Notes under the pieces: generated by a model | What the model saw: only the letters and a program-made list of their open reading frames with translations | The model's database searches: none | What the model was told of the DNA's origin: nothing | Shown: positions 39,583 to 50,993 of the stretch, in pieces | Position numbering within the stretch: position 1 is the first letter of the stretch | Layout of the letters: every line of letters begins with the position of its first letter | Made by a program: the position numbers and the translations under genes | Assembly (NCBI GenBank): GCA_963718575.1 | Contig: OY970358.1 | Span: 98,723-162,722, forward strand | From: an uncultured bacterium | GTDB lineage: Bacteria > Patescibacteriota > Minisyncoccia > UBA6257 > 2-01-FULL-56-20 | Reading direction: 5' to 3' | Length of the DNA: 64,000 nucleotides

Positions 39583-40234
39583 CTATTGTGTATACACCCA
39601 GATGCGTGCCGACATGCCGTTCTTCAGTTGCGGATACTGCGTCGGATCGAATCGCACATACACCGCGAACTGGTTCGTCGGACGTTCGTCAGAGATATTG
39701 AACACCACGTCGCTTTGCTCCGACGTTGGTGCCACCTCATCCACGACCCCCTTGAACACCTGCGAGCCGAACGCATCGACCGTGAAGGTCGCCGGGTCAC
39801 CGACCCGGACGTTCGATAGCCCTTTGTTCTCGTCGAGATTGCCCACCACGCGAAGCTGGGTCGGGTCGATCATCGTCGCTACCGTCCCCTGACCGGTCAG
39901 CGTGTTCATATACTGGCCAATATTGTTATCCGTGGTGACGATCTCGCCGGCGGTCTGCGATTCCACAACCTCATTGCCCACGAGCGCCACCCGGCTCGTT
40001 CGCCGTCACGGTGTCCCCTGGGTTTACATAGAGCGCCTGCAACACGCCGGAATTCGTCGGCGAAAGATTGATAAGCGGCGCCTGGATCTGCGAAAGATCG
40101 ATGTACACCGTCTTCGAGGCGACGTAATAATAAATTCCCGCACCAACGCCGCCGATGATGATAAGCGCGCCGATGACCCAGACGATGATCTTCCCGCGAT
40201 TGCCGGCTGAAGCTTTTTTTTCGTTTTCAGGCAT
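39583..40234 (-). CDS. Short HlyD/EmrA-like membrane fusion protein (apparent frameshift near 39985)
   Basis: The 87-aa N-terminal ORF (TM + PGDTVTANEP) and the 135-aa C-terminal ORF join as one protein if a single base is removed. Confidence 0.55.
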
Positions 40235-40239
40235 GGTGA

Positions 40240-41739
40240 TTAAAAGTTACTTATTGTTTCTCCGACGCTCAATCCGGAAGTGATCTCCGTTGTGCTCGCA
40301 CCCACGATTCCGATCGTCACCGGCTGTTGCATGGTGGTCTTTCCATCTGGCACAACGACGAAATAATCATTGCCATTATTGATCACAAAATTGCTCGGCA
40401 CGATGATCACGTTATCATGTTCCGCCTCTATGATATGCACATTCCCTGTCATACCATCCTTTATCTGACCGTTAGAATTCTCAAAATGGAGCGTCACGAG
40501 ATACGCCGCAGAACCATTCACCTGCGTCTCCGCCGCATCCACGGTGGTGACGGTCGCCGGGAAAGCCGTTCCCGTGCCGAACGCGTCGAGCGTCACGTCC
40601 GCGGCATCGCCGGGTCGTACGTTTGCCACGTCCTTTTCCGAAACATATGCCTGGATCTTCAAACCGCCCTCATTGATGAGCGACATCATCGGTGTGCCGG
40701 GCGAGACCACCTGGCCGACCTGCGCCGTCAGATCCTGCACGGTTCCCGAGAACGGTGCCACAAGCGATGCATTATTGAGCGCCACCTGCGCGCTTGTGAG
40801 CGCCGCCTGCGCCTGTGCCACCACCGCCTGCTGCGCCTCGATCGCCTGGGGCGTCGATCCCGCCTGCGCGAGCGATAGGACGTTCTGCGCTGCAGTGAGC
40901 GCAGATTGATCGCCGGAAACGGCACTGATGGAAGCCTCTATCTCCGCGCGGGCAGTGGCTACATCGGCTTTATATTGCGCGAGCGTGGCGGCGGGCACTG
41001 TCGTATTCGGCGTTGCTCCATTTACTGCGAGCGCAATGGTATCGATATACGATTGGATTTGCGAAAGATTGCTTGCCGCCGTTCCGGCAAGGGTCGCCGG
41101 ATCGAAACCGGTGCTCGTCGCATTCAACGCCGTATACCATGCCGTAAGTGACGCACCGATCTGTAACCATTGCCCCTGAATATTATTTACGGTTTGTGAA
41201 TCGCTGTCCGGCACAAGGAAGGTCGGATTGTTGCTTTGCGGGTTGGAAAACATATTGTCGAGCTGATTGCGCACCGCGTCGTCGGATGCACTGTACGCGT
41301 TCCCGACCGCGATGCCGAGCGACTGATCCGCGCTCGTGACGGCGCTCTCATCGATCGTGATCTGCTGAGGTCGCGTCCCGCTCGCGAGTTGATCCAATTG
41401 CGCCTGCGCGGCGGCGAGACCGGCATTCGCCTGTTGTACCGCAGCGTTCAACTGCGCAGAGTCAAGGTCGGCGAGAACCGTCCCGGCGGAAACCTGGCTC
41501 CCTTCGCTCACGTATACATGCGCGATCTGGCCGCCTTCCTGGAATGACATCATTGCGCTGTTTTCCGCGAGCACACTGCCCGGCTCATCAACCGATTCGA
41601 TCACATTCCCTTTTCCCACCGTTATAGAACCGAATGCCGGGGGCGTCGCAGTGCTGATATACCAGTACGCCGCACCGCCCGCGGCGAGCAGCACAAGAAT
41701 GCCGACTACAATGTAATTTTTTATGAAAAATGCTTTCAT
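40240..41739 (-). CDS. Efflux periplasmic adaptor (HlyD/MFP family) with long Ala/Gln-rich coiled coil
   Basis: N-terminal TM anchor, then biotinyl-lipoyl-like, coiled-coil and beta-barrel segments, over 499 aa. Confidence 0.75.
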   Translation of the reverse strand: MKAFFIKNYIVVGILVLLAAGGAAYWYISTATPPAFGSITVGKGNVIESVDEPGSVLAENSAMMSFQEGGQIAHVYVSEGSQVSAGTVLADLDSAQLNAAVQQANAGLAAAQAQLDQLASGTRPQQITIDESAVTSADQSLGIAVGNAYSASDDAVRNQLDNMFSNPQSNNPTFLVPDSDSQTVNNIQGQWLQIGASLTAWYTALNATSTGFDPATLAGTAASNLSQIQSYIDTIALAVNGATPNTTVPAATLAQYKADVATARAEIEASISAVSGDQSALTAAQNVLSLAQAGSTPQAIEAQQAVVAQAQAALTSAQVALNNASLVAPFSGTVQDLTAQVGQVVSPGTPMMSLINEGGLKIQAYVSEKDVANVRPGDAADVTLDAFGTGTAFPATVTTVDAAETQVNGSAAYLVTLHFENSNGQIKDGMTGNVHIIEAEHDNVIIVPSNFVINNGNDYFVVVPDGKTTMQQPVTIGIVGASTTEITSGLSVGETISNF

Positions 41740-41750
41740 GGGCGTTGGTA

Positions 41751-42182
41751 TTACGAGTTATTTTTTATTATTTTCCCGAGTACGGCGACAAAATGCGTTC
41801 GCTCGGAGGGAGTAAGGATGCTGAACGTCTTCTTGAGTTCGCTGATCTTTTTTGCCATTCCACGCTCGAGAAGCTGTTTTCCTTTTGCCGTCATGGTCAC
41901 CCTCACCGATCGGCGGTCGTTCTGATCCATCACTCGCGCGAGCAGTTTTGCCTTCACGAGGGTATCGATGAGCAATGTCGCCGCCGGCGGCGTCACATGA
42001 AAGTTCTTCGCCACCTCGCGCATATGGGGCTTCCCCGCATCCTTCACATACTTGAGCGTCTCGAACTCCAGCATCGTACATTGCCCGGTGCCGATATTCT
42101 TCTGCATCTTATCGCGCATAAGCCGCCCCATGATGAACATGTGCGAGACAAGATCCTCCATGGTTGCCTGTTTTTGTGCCAT
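41751..42182 (-). CDS. MarR-family transcriptional regulator
   Basis: Has a winged-HTH MarR signature (GQCTMLEFETLKYV...VTPPAATLLIDTLVKAKLLARV...DRRSVRVTMTAKG). Confidence 0.8.
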   Translation of the reverse strand: MAQKQATMEDLVSHMFIMGRLMRDKMQKNIGTGQCTMLEFETLKYVKDAGKPHMREVAKNFHVTPPAATLLIDTLVKAKLLARVMDQNDRRSVRVTMTAKGKQLLERGMAKKISELKKTFSILTPSERTHFVAVLGKIIKNNS

Positions 42183-42334
42183 TGATGAATACTCCCACGC
42201 TATATTTAAAAATATAACTATTAGGTTACTTAACTATTTTAACGCCGCGCGATGGACGGCGTCAACCTGTGGATAACACGGAAGCGTACTATTGAAAACC
42301 GGGCTCCCTCGACGGGACGTGAATTCCTAAGATA

Positions 42335-44260
42335 TTAATAATTTCCCTGCTTTGCCTCCCTTACCAACCCCTCGATAAGGAAATCGATGTCGATGGACGC
42401 CACGCCCACCACTTTGTCTGCGCCGCCATAGTACACAAAAAGCTGATGCCGGAGAACGACCGCGCCGCACGGGAAGACGACATTGTTCACGATCCCCTGT
42501 TTTTCGTATGCAGGAGTGGGTTCGAGCAACGGATCGTGCGTACGATACAAGATCTTTGACGGATCCTTGAGGTCGAGGAGGGCGGCCCGGACGTTATAAT
42601 GCCCCGTGCGCTTGGAAATGCCGTGATACAACAGCAGCCAGCCATACCGCGTCTCAATCGGCGGCGCCGAGATGCCGATACGCTTGGAATCCCATGCGGT
42701 GTCGCGCGGGCGCATCAGGACCTCACCGCCCAGAAATTTTCCATTTTTAAATTCAAGATCATCCACGCGATCGATCCAAATCTCGGAACCAAGCCGGTGG
42801 AGAAAGACATATTTTCCGCCGATCTTCTTTGGGAATACCGCGGCATCCTTATCATCCATATTTGGCGGCGAGATAAGGATCGGCGCGGCCCATTTCCAGC
42901 GATGGTTCGTAAAATCATCCGCCGCGATGGAAGTGAACGCCACCCGCGGCGGATCAATGCCGTCGTATGCCGTGTAGCACATATAGATCCGGTCGCCGAT
43001 ACGCGTGATGCGCGGATCCTCACAGCCGGAATTGCCGCCCGGAACTTTCTTCTGCTCGAAATCGAGGCACGGAGCGTAGACCGGGTCGGTCAGCCGCTCG
43101 GTGATGTCCACGCCATCCGGCGATGACGCGTAGCCGATGACGGATGTGTTGTCCCCCGACATCGCGCGGTAAAGGATGTGCACCTTGCCGCCTTCGTAGA
43201 TCGCGGCGGGATTGAACGTAGCCTGCGACTCCCACGCGTGTTCCGGCATCGGCGCGATGATGGGATTCCCCTCAAATCGCTGCAGTTGGCGCTTTGCGGT
43301 GAACACCAGCTGTTCCAATAAGTCGTTTTTTTTGAATGTGGCCACACATGAAGTTGTATCCGTCGCGCCGTAATAGACGTACACGTCGGTGCCGCGTATC
43401 AGCGCGCCCGACGGGAACACGATGTGCGGCACACGGCCATAGAACTCATACTCTTCCTGCGGCACGATGAACGGGCGCTTCACTTCGCCGACGATCTTTT
43501 GCGGATCATCGAGGTCCAGCAACGCCGCCTGGATGCCGAATATCGGCGGCGGCGCAAAGTAGTTATAGATATAGGAGTAAAAGATGAGCCAGCCATCTTT
43601 TGTTTTGAGCGGGGTCGAACCAACCTCGATCTGGTCCTTTTCATTCTGCTCGACGAGAAGTTCGTGGTCGCCAAAGTGCGCATACCACTCATCCCAATAT
43701 TCCTTGGACCACATCTGTTCGACGGTATCAAAAAACGCGATGGCGATCTTTGCCGGCGGCCGATCGGTGTTCACCGTAATGAGCGCAGCGATCTTTCCGC
43801 CGATGCGTTCCGGGAAAAGCGTCATCGCCTTTGCGTTGAACGGAGTCACGAGATGCTTCTCGTCGATCGCTTTGAGATCTTTCGTGATCGCGACGGCCAC
43901 TTTAATGCCGTCCGCGGAAAAATCGGAGACGGCGGTGTAAAAAATATAATAGCGCCCCTCGAAGAACGTGACGCGTGGATCCTCGCACCCGTACCGCTCC
44001 CACGGTTCGCTGGGCGCGACGAGCTGGGTATGTTCGCCGCTGAAATTGACCGGATTTTTGCCCGTCACATGGCCGATGCTCGAGATCTCAACTTCGTTTC
44101 CATTCGCGCTCGTCTTCGCGCCTGCGGCGCGGAAAAGCATATGTACGATACCCTTCCCGTCTTCCACCACCGACGGATTGAACGCAGCCACCGACTCCCA
44201 CGCCAACGACGTGTCCGGAATGAGTATCGGATTTTCGGATGATCGCTTAGCTCCGGCCAT
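42335..44260 (-). CDS. Tandem two-domain GH130 (DUF377) glycoside phosphorylase/hydrolase-like protein
   Basis: Two repeats of the GH130 core (WESVAAFNPSVV...LFRA and WESQATFNPAAI...LYRA), over 641 aa. Confidence 0.65.
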   Translation of the reverse strand: MAGAKRSSENPILIPDTSLAWESVAAFNPSVVEDGKGIVHMLFRAAGAKTSANGNEVEISSIGHVTGKNPVNFSGEHTQLVAPSEPWERYGCEDPRVTFFEGRYYIFYTAVSDFSADGIKVAVAITKDLKAIDEKHLVTPFNAKAMTLFPERIGGKIAALITVNTDRPPAKIAIAFFDTVEQMWSKEYWDEWYAHFGDHELLVEQNEKDQIEVGSTPLKTKDGWLIFYSYIYNYFAPPPIFGIQAALLDLDDPQKIVGEVKRPFIVPQEEYEFYGRVPHIVFPSGALIRGTDVYVYYGATDTTSCVATFKKNDLLEQLVFTAKRQLQRFEGNPIIAPMPEHAWESQATFNPAAIYEGGKVHILYRAMSGDNTSVIGYASSPDGVDITERLTDPVYAPCLDFEQKKVPGGNSGCEDPRITRIGDRIYMCYTAYDGIDPPRVAFTSIAADDFTNHRWKWAAPILISPPNMDDKDAAVFPKKIGGKYVFLHRLGSEIWIDRVDDLEFKNGKFLGGEVLMRPRDTAWDSKRIGISAPPIETRYGWLLLYHGISKRTGHYNVRAALLDLKDPSKILYRTHDPLLEPTPAYEKQGIVNNVVFPCGAVVLRHQLFVYYGGADKVVGVASIDIDFLIEGLVREAKQGNY

Positions 44261-45500
44261 TGGTATGCACCGTACTCAGGTTACTTTCAGGTGCAAGTTT
44301 CGGCGTGCCGTAGGTCTTCAGTTCATACAGGAACTTTTCCACATTGGCTATCGCGACGCACGTCACCGAATCGGCACCGCCGTAGTATACATAAAGTTCG
44401 CCGTCTTTTATGATCGCACCGCAGGAATAAATGACCCCCGCTTTGAATCCCTGGTTCTCATAGCTGAAATCCGGCTCAAGGATCGGTGTGCGCGAACGAT
44501 ATACCACCTTTGTCGGATCGTTGAGGTCGAGAAGCATCGCCCCAAGCTTGTAGCGATTAGGGTCGCGAATATCCATAGCATGATACAGTAGCAGCCATCC
44601 ATCCTTTGTTTTGAGGGGCGGCGGCCCCGCTCCGCGGATCCAGCTATCCCACGCGCCGGTGTTTGAAATGCGGTTATATTTGCTCTTGATGACCGCCTCT
44701 TCTTCGTCAAAATCATCGGGGTCGTCGAAATAGTCCACCAATATGTTCGGCGAGATACTATGAAGAATGGCAAATTTCCCGTGGATCTTTTCCGGAAACA
44801 ACACCCAATTTTTATGTATCTCCCCCGGCGGCGAGATCATCGCCGGATGTTTCCACTTCCAATTCTTTTTCAAAAAATCCTCGACGCCGATCGAGGACAG
44901 CGCCATACGAATGGAACCCCAGCCGTCAAATGCAGTGTACGTGAGATAGATCGTGTCGTCGATCAGTGTCAGGCGCGGATCCTCGCAGCCGCCATTCCAT
45001 CCGCCGCCCGAAAAATATGCGGGGCTCAGCATCTTCTGATCTTCCTTTGGCGTCGTGCTCCTGATGGTGAACGGCCGGAACGCGGGTTCGTCCGATCGGT
45101 CTTTGAACGAAACGCCGTCATCGCTCGCCGCATACCCGAGCACCGAAACATCATCACCACCGATCGCGCGATATAGAAGATGCACGCGACGGTCCGCATA
45201 GACCGCACCGGGATTGAACGTGGCCTTCATCTCCCAATAATTCCCTTCGCGCGGTTCGATGATTGGATTGCTCTTATGGCGCTCAAGCTGGTGTATCTGT
45301 TTTTCAAGAACGATCGGTTTAGCGCGCCGTACGATGCGAAGCAATCGCTTCTGCCGCTCTGCACGCGAAGAAACAGTCTTTTTTGCCTTTGTGGTTGAAT
45401 TTTTCTTGATCGGTGCGGTTTTGCGCAATGATTTCCCCGTTTGAAGCCCTTGCTTTTTTTTGATCACTTTTTTTAATGGCATGCGAAGAGTGCTTTCCAA
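44247..45500 (-). CDS. GH130 (DUF377) family protein with Lys-rich N-terminal extension
   Basis: WEMKATFNPGAVYADRRVHLLYRAIGGDDVSVLGYAAS. It is a paralog of the upstream gene. Confidence 0.65.
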   Translation of the reverse strand: MESTLRMPLKKVIKKKQGLQTGKSLRKTAPIKKNSTTKAKKTVSSRAERQKRLLRIVRRAKPIVLEKQIHQLERHKSNPIIEPREGNYWEMKATFNPGAVYADRRVHLLYRAIGGDDVSVLGYAASDDGVSFKDRSDEPAFRPFTIRSTTPKEDQKMLSPAYFSGGGWNGGCEDPRLTLIDDTIYLTYTAFDGWGSIRMALSSIGVEDFLKKNWKWKHPAMISPPGEIHKNWVLFPEKIHGKFAILHSISPNILVDYFDDPDDFDEEEAVIKSKYNRISNTGAWDSWIRGAGPPPLKTKDGWLLLYHAMDIRDPNRYKLGAMLLDLNDPTKVVYRSRTPILEPDFSYENQGFKAGVIYSCGAIIKDGELYVYYGGADSVTCVAIANVEKFLYELKTYGTPKLAPESNLSTVHTNGRS

Positions 45501-45683
45501 GATACGCCGAAGGAGCCGACGACCTGTTCGCGGCGAACCCTATTCATATTATATAACGTTCTTTCCGGCCGTCGAATTGGTGCTGTGGATAAATAGCCAT
45601 GGTCTTTTATCGAAATTTTGTTTCGCACAATCATCGCACGCGTATAATGCCGTGCTATGGGACAATATATAACAATCTGTTTT

Positions 45684-45714
45684 AAAAAATCTCCGCGCTT
45701 GCGGAGATTTTTTA
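45684..45714. terminator. Bidirectional intrinsic terminator aaaaaATCTCCGCgcttGCGGAGATttttt
   Basis: A perfect 8-bp stem flanked by an A6 run and a T6 run. Confidence 0.7.
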
Positions 45715-45721
45715 AAACATT

Positions 45722-46169
45722 ATTGCCCCGTGGCGGCACCGGCACCACCTCCCCCGCCATATCCACTGGTCGTACCGGTCCGAACCTGGATCGTCTGCCG
45801 CGGTAAGACTTCCGTCGGAATTGGTGGTCCCTGCCACCATCACATTCGTCCCACGGCAAGCGTGTTCGGAGAAACGGTCGTCGGCTCCGTCACCGGCGTC
45901 GAGCTGGCATAGAGCACCACCTCCGAATTACCGTTCGGAAGCTGGAGCGTCATGCTGCCGCTGCCGAAGGAGAGGATCTGCCCGGTCGTGAAACCGCCTC
46001 CGGTGGCTCCGCCCGCCAGTCTGCGCGTAGATGAACCAAACGCTCCCGCGCCTCCGGCAAATGCCGAACGTACGCTGCTCGCTGCGGCCGCCTTTCCCCA
46101 GAAATATCCGCCGCCCAACGCAATGAGCGCCACCACCACCCACACAATATGCACTAAATATTTTTTCAT
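45722..46169 (-). CDS. small secreted Gly-rich protein (signal peptide); the C-terminal part probably continues to 45722 through two apparent frameshifts
   Basis: MKKYLVHIVWVVVALIALGG is a signal anchor. The reading frame continues in other frames and ends at a TAA just before the terminator. Confidence 0.35.
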
Positions 46170-46197
46170 TATATTTTTAATTTATTTTTCGACTTTT

Positions 46198-47404
46198 TAT
46201 TCATATCTCAATGCCTCGATCGGATTGAGGCCGGCAGCTCGCCGTGCTGGATAATAGCCAAAAATGATCCCGATCGCCGCCGAAACAAAGAACGCGAGCA
46301 GGATGTACGGAATGGACACGCTTGTGGCGACACCGGTGACGATGGATATCGTCAATGGCGGCAAGCCAACCCAGAATGATACCTACCAGTCCTCCGCCGA
46401 ACGTGAGCATCACGGATTCGGCAAGGAATTGGAGGGTGATGTCCTGCTTCTTCGCGCCGATCGCCTTGCGTAATCCGATCTCCCGCGTGCGCTCGGTGAC
46501 GGTCGTAAGCATCATGTTCATGATGCCGATGCCGCCGACGACGAGCGAGATCGCCGCGATCGCGGCGAGGAGCGTCGTAAACGTGCCGGTGACGCTCGAC
46601 GCGGTGGAAACGATGCTCGCCTGGTTCAGCACGGTAAAGTCGGCCTGCGTGCGGATTTGCGATATTGTGCCGCTGAAGCAGGAGCGTCGTAATGTCGTTC
46701 TGCACCTGCGTCATCGCCTGCTGGGTCGATGCCTCAACATCAACTTCCGTCAAATATGCGCTGCTTCCCAAAAGATAGTGCTGGTCGGCAGAGAGCGGCA
46801 CATAGATCATGTCATCCTGATTACTGAACCCACTCCCTCCTTTTGCAACCGTCACGCCGATCACCGTAAAAATATTCCCGTTGATCCGGATCTGCTGACC
46901 GATCGCCATATCCGGCGTCGCGCTCGCATCGACGCTCGGTGCAAAGAGGTTCTGTAATACCGTCGGACCGATGACGGCAACGAGGTTCGAATCGGTGACA
47001 TCCTGGTCGGTAAAGAAACTCCCGTCGGAGACCTGAAGATCGCGTACCTGTTCATACGCCGGCGTCGTCCCCATAATGCTCGTATTGGCGTTGTTCGCCT
47101 TATAGACCACCTGATAGCGGCCGCTGATCTCCGGCGCGACTGCTTCCACATTGTTGACCGACGCGATAGCCGTCGCATCGTCGGGGGTCAGCGTCTGTGC
47201 GCTTCCCGCCGCGGCGCGGACACCCGAGCCAAACGTCGCCTGCGCACCCGGTGTCACCATCACCAAATTTGCGCCGAGTGAATCGACGCTCGCCTGGATG
47301 GATGCCTGCGATCCCTGCCCGACGGCGACGAGCGCGATCACGGACGCGATACCGATCACAATGCCAAGCATCGTCAAACCGGACCGCACTTTATTGACGG
47401 TCAC
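46198..47404 (-). CDS. MacB/FtsX-family ABC transporter permease (at least two apparent frameshifts)
   Basis: N-terminal MacB periplasmic domain ([23 protein letters not shown]) and a C-terminal FtsX domain ending ...[23 protein letters not shown], which I translated by hand from a third frame. Confidence 0.7.
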
Positions 47405-47429
47405 CGCGCTCTAGGTTTCCTCCAAAAGG

Positions 47430-48173
47430 TCACGTGTTGTCATGGGGTATGTCTTTTTCGTTACGCGCGAGGCGCTTTTTATGGTTTTTCTCGTCGGTCA
47501 TAATATTGCCGTCACGGATATGGATGATGCGGTCCGCGTGCTCCGCCACGTACGGTTCGTGCGTAATGAGCACTACCGTCTTCCCTTGCGTCATATTGAG
47601 ATTCTGAAATGTGTGCAGCACGATCTCGCCGGTCTTAGAATCCAGATTTCCCGTCGGTTCGTCGGCAAGGATGAGTGCGGGGTTGTTCACGAGCGATCGC
47701 GCGATCGCCACGCGTTGCATCATACCTCCCGAGATCTGATTGGAATGATATCCCCAGAATGCCTCGGGGAACGCGGCATCGGTGAGCGCTTTTTTTGCGA
47801 TCACCTCGCGTTCTTCCTTCGGCATATTCGCGTAGATGAGCGGCAACGAAACGTTACGCAACACGCTCGTGCGCGGGAGCAGGTTGAAGGCCTGGAATAC
47901 GAATCCGATCTTTTCGCGGCGGATGTCCGCCAGCTCCTCGTCCGAAAGTTTCGAAACATCCTTGCCATCTAAAAAGTATTCTCCGCTCGTCGGCGTATCA
48001 AGTGCGCCGAGAATATGCATGAGGGTCGATTTGCCGGAGCCGGACGGCCCCATGATCGCGACGAACTCGCCTTCCTTTATGGAAAAGGTGATGCCCTTCA
48101 GGACCACCACCATGGTCTCCCCTATTCCATATGCTTTTTTAATATCCTTACATACGATGATATCCTTTTCCAT
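47430..48173 (-). CDS. ABC transporter ATP-binding protein (MacB/LolD-type)
   Basis: Walker A ([10 protein letters not shown]), signature ([15 protein letters not shown]) and Walker B ([12 protein letters not shown]). The start is taken at MEKDIIV. Confidence 0.85.
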   Translation of the reverse strand: MEKDIIVCKDIKKAYGIGETMVVVLKGITFSIKEGEFVAIMGPSGSGKSTLMHILGALDTPTSGEYFLDGKDVSKLSDEELADIRREKIGFVFQAFNLLPRTSVLRNVSLPLIYANMPKEEREVIAKKALTDAAFPEAFWGYHSNQISGGMMQRVAIARSLVNNPALILADEPTGNLDSKTGEIVLHTFQNLNMTQGKTVVLITHEPYVAEHADRIIHIRDGNIMTDEKNHKKRLARNEKDIPHDNT

Positions 48174-48186
48174 GCGGTGATTGTTG

Positions 48187-50037
48187 TTATCCCCCCGCCC
48201 CAACGCGCGTGAAACCGCCGCCTCCGCCGACCCTTGCGCCCGCGCCTCCGCCAAGAAGCTGAAGTGCGCTCGTACCACCGGTTGTTGCCGTTTTTGTAGC
48301 AGTCGTTGATTTTATCGTCTGCACGATGATCTGATCGCCGACGTTCACGCCGGAATCGATCTCCGTCATGGTGTCGTTCGCAAGGCCGATGGTGACCGGG
48401 ACCTGCTTGGTTGCGGGAAGGACGATCCCGCCGTTCGCACTCGATGCGAGATCCGCCGCAGAGACCGGGGTCGACGGCTCAAGAATGTACGAACCACTCC
48501 CCGCAGTCACCACCGCCGCGTTCGGCACGGCGATCACATTCTGATCCACTTGCGTCACAATATTTGCCGTCACGCTCATGCCTGATTTGACCTGATTCGT
48601 GCTTGAGGTGTCCGCAGGCTGGGAAAAACCGATCTGCACATTATAGCTCACGACCCCCTGACTGACCGTTCCCACCGGGCTGATCTGCACGACCGTCCCC
48701 GCAAGGGAAAGGCTGGGAAGCGCGTCAAAGGTAAGCGTCGCCGGATCGCCGAGCGCGACTTTCGCCGCGTCGATCTCGTTCAACGTCACCGCCGCGACCT
48801 GGCCGTCGCCGACGATCGTCACCGCGTTGGAGCCCGGCGTCTCGCCGACGGTGGCGGTGATCGCGGAAACGACCCCCGAGATCGGCGCCGTCACGGATGT
48901 GTACGCAAGATTTTGCTGAGCGGTCGTCAGATTATTTTGTGCAGTTTGGACACTGATCTGCTGGCCGAGCAATGTGGTGGCCGTGGGTCCGGCAAGCGTC
49001 TCGGCAAGGGTCTCGCTTGCCTGCTCCAGAGAAGTTCTGGGAGTTCACGATGTTATTCTTATCACTCGCAATCTGGGTGATGGTGCTCTGGATGCCTGAC
49101 AGCCTGACTGGTCATTGTGGTCGTATAAGTGGAGAAATTCGATTTGCAAGCGTGGTGGTAATCGCAGGGAGAGGCTGAGTGTTATCTCCGCCAGATGGAT
49201 AATTTGTCACGATATAGTTGAAGAAGTCTTTTCCCGCCTTTACGGTTGCACTGATCGTCTCTGCGGTATTGTATGTTTCAGTAAATAACGCATCCAATGT
49301 TTGCGGGACTTGAAGTTGCGCTTGCCGCATGATAATCAGCAAGGTTCTGTTGATATTGCGGCCGTAGCGCATGACGTATTCCGCCTGTAAGTTAGTGTCA
49401 TAGGGAAGCACCCCCGCCCGAAGATAGTCCGGCATAAGACTGACAAATGCATCAGGATCATTTTGGGATTTATTGATATCGTTACCTTCCACAAAATCCT
49501 GCAATCCCACCATCACGGTCTGTAAGTTCACAAACGTCGGACCTAAATTATTGAAACCGCCTGATAATCGTTTATGAGCGAGGTGGAGGCATTCGCCGCT
49601 GACTGCTCCCCTGTCGTAACGGCGGCCTCTTGCTGTAACAGCGTCGTGGTCGCAACCTGATCGGTCTCCTGCGGCGGAAAGCTGTGCCTGCTCAAGCGCA
49701 AGCTGGGCTTGCGCAAGCGCCTGCTGTCTCGTTCGTCGGATCAAGCTGAACAAGCAACTGCCCCGCATTCACGTGCTCGCCGACGGTCACCGGGATGGAG
49801 GTGACCGTCTCGGAAACCTTCGGGGTCACGTCGATCGTGGTACCCGCCTGCACCTGGCCGGTGGCGGAAACGGAGGAGACGATCGTTCCATCGGTCGCGT
49901 CCTCCACGACATATTTCGTGACGGCCGTGCGCCGTATTCGCAGCCGCTATACCAATAATACCCGCCGCCCACAAACAACGATCACAACGATGCCCGTGAT
50001 AATCTTATGCGCCCGCATTTTTTTTATGAAATTGCCG
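48187..50037 (-). CDS. MacA-like periplasmic adaptor (multiple apparent frameshifts)
   Basis: An N-terminal TM (MNMFGNFIKKMRAHKIITGIVVIVV), a lipoyl-like segment and a C-terminal beta-barrel with a Gly-rich tail, scattered over three or more frames. Confidence 0.55.
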
Positions 50038-50058
50038 AACATGTTCATGAAAATATAA

Positions 50059-50525
50059 TAGGTTAATTTGAGGTCGACGATGATGTTGAAAGGATGCGGA
50101 TAAAGTGGGCCTCAATCTGACCGACGCTGTTCGGTTCGCCGATCACCGCGATCTGATCGCCTACCGCGACATCCGCGATCGTGACATTGCTGTCGCCGCT
50201 CGCGAATGACCGTTCCGGAAGATACCGCCACCGATTGCTCGTTATCCTGCTGGTCCTTTACCGAAATCGTGGAGGTTCCGACATCGATGACCGTCCCCAC
50301 GACGCCATGGATGGCGACCTGCATCGGGCGGCCATCGTTCCCAGCGGACCACTGCGGCACTGCCCCGTAAAAATTCCTAAAATAATTTTTCTCAAATCCC
50401 GCGGCAAACCCCGCACGCTCGTATCCGACGGCGATGCCCAAGCCGAACACCACAAAAAGGACGATCAGGCCGCCCAATATCCACAGTACCGCGCGCACCG
50501 TCTTTGATTCTAAAAAATTGCTCAT
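50059..50525 (-). CDS. membrane-anchored hypothetical protein (apparent frameshift near 50112)
   Basis: The N-terminal TM ORF continues in another frame as ...DQIAVIGEPNSVGQIEAHFIRIL..., which I translated by hand. Confidence 0.4.
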
Positions 50526-50624
50526 GATAATCTATTACTTCACCGCAAAAAACCTTGCGGTGCGACCGCCATGGAACAAGCGATGTCTCGTCGATAAGCG
50601 CCGCCATGGACCAGATCGCGAACA

Positions 50625-50960
50625 TCACGCCGCCAAAAGCAACGCGGTGGTGAAGATCGGGAATGATTCCATGATCGAAAATGCGAAATCGGGGAAGTTG
50701 GCCGCCATCGAAGAGAAATCCGAAAACATGAGCGAGGCGATCTGGAAGAATCCCGACTGCGAAAGGCTCGCGATAAGGTTGACATATCCCGCCACCGCGA
50801 TGCCCACCGAAACGCCGAACACGCACGCCGAGGCGGCGATCTTCGCGCCGAGAATGCGCCGTTCGCGACTGCCGATGCGCAATAAGATCTTCTCCGTCAA
50901 GCCGGCCGGCGGCTCGGGGGTCTTGAGGGTGGAAAAAAGTTTTTCGTAGTTATGGTTCAT
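50625..50960 (-). CDS. membrane protein, possible anti-sigma factor (downstream of the ECF sigma)
   Basis: It starts 34 bp after the sigma factor stop and has a cytoplasmic N-terminus followed by a TM helix. The C-terminus may continue in another frame. Confidence 0.35.
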   Translation of the reverse strand: MNHNYEKLFSTLKTPEPPAGLTEKILLRIGSRERRILGAKIAASACVFGVSVGIAVAGYVNLIASLSQSGFFQIASLMFSDFSSMAANFPDFAFSIMESFPIFTTALLLAA

Positions 50961-50993
50961 GGGAATACGGGTAATTACCTCTCAATATACGAA

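Noticed and set aside
43424-44242. 272-aa plus-strand ORF inside the GH130 gene
   Set aside because: Antisense, Arg-rich and spurious.
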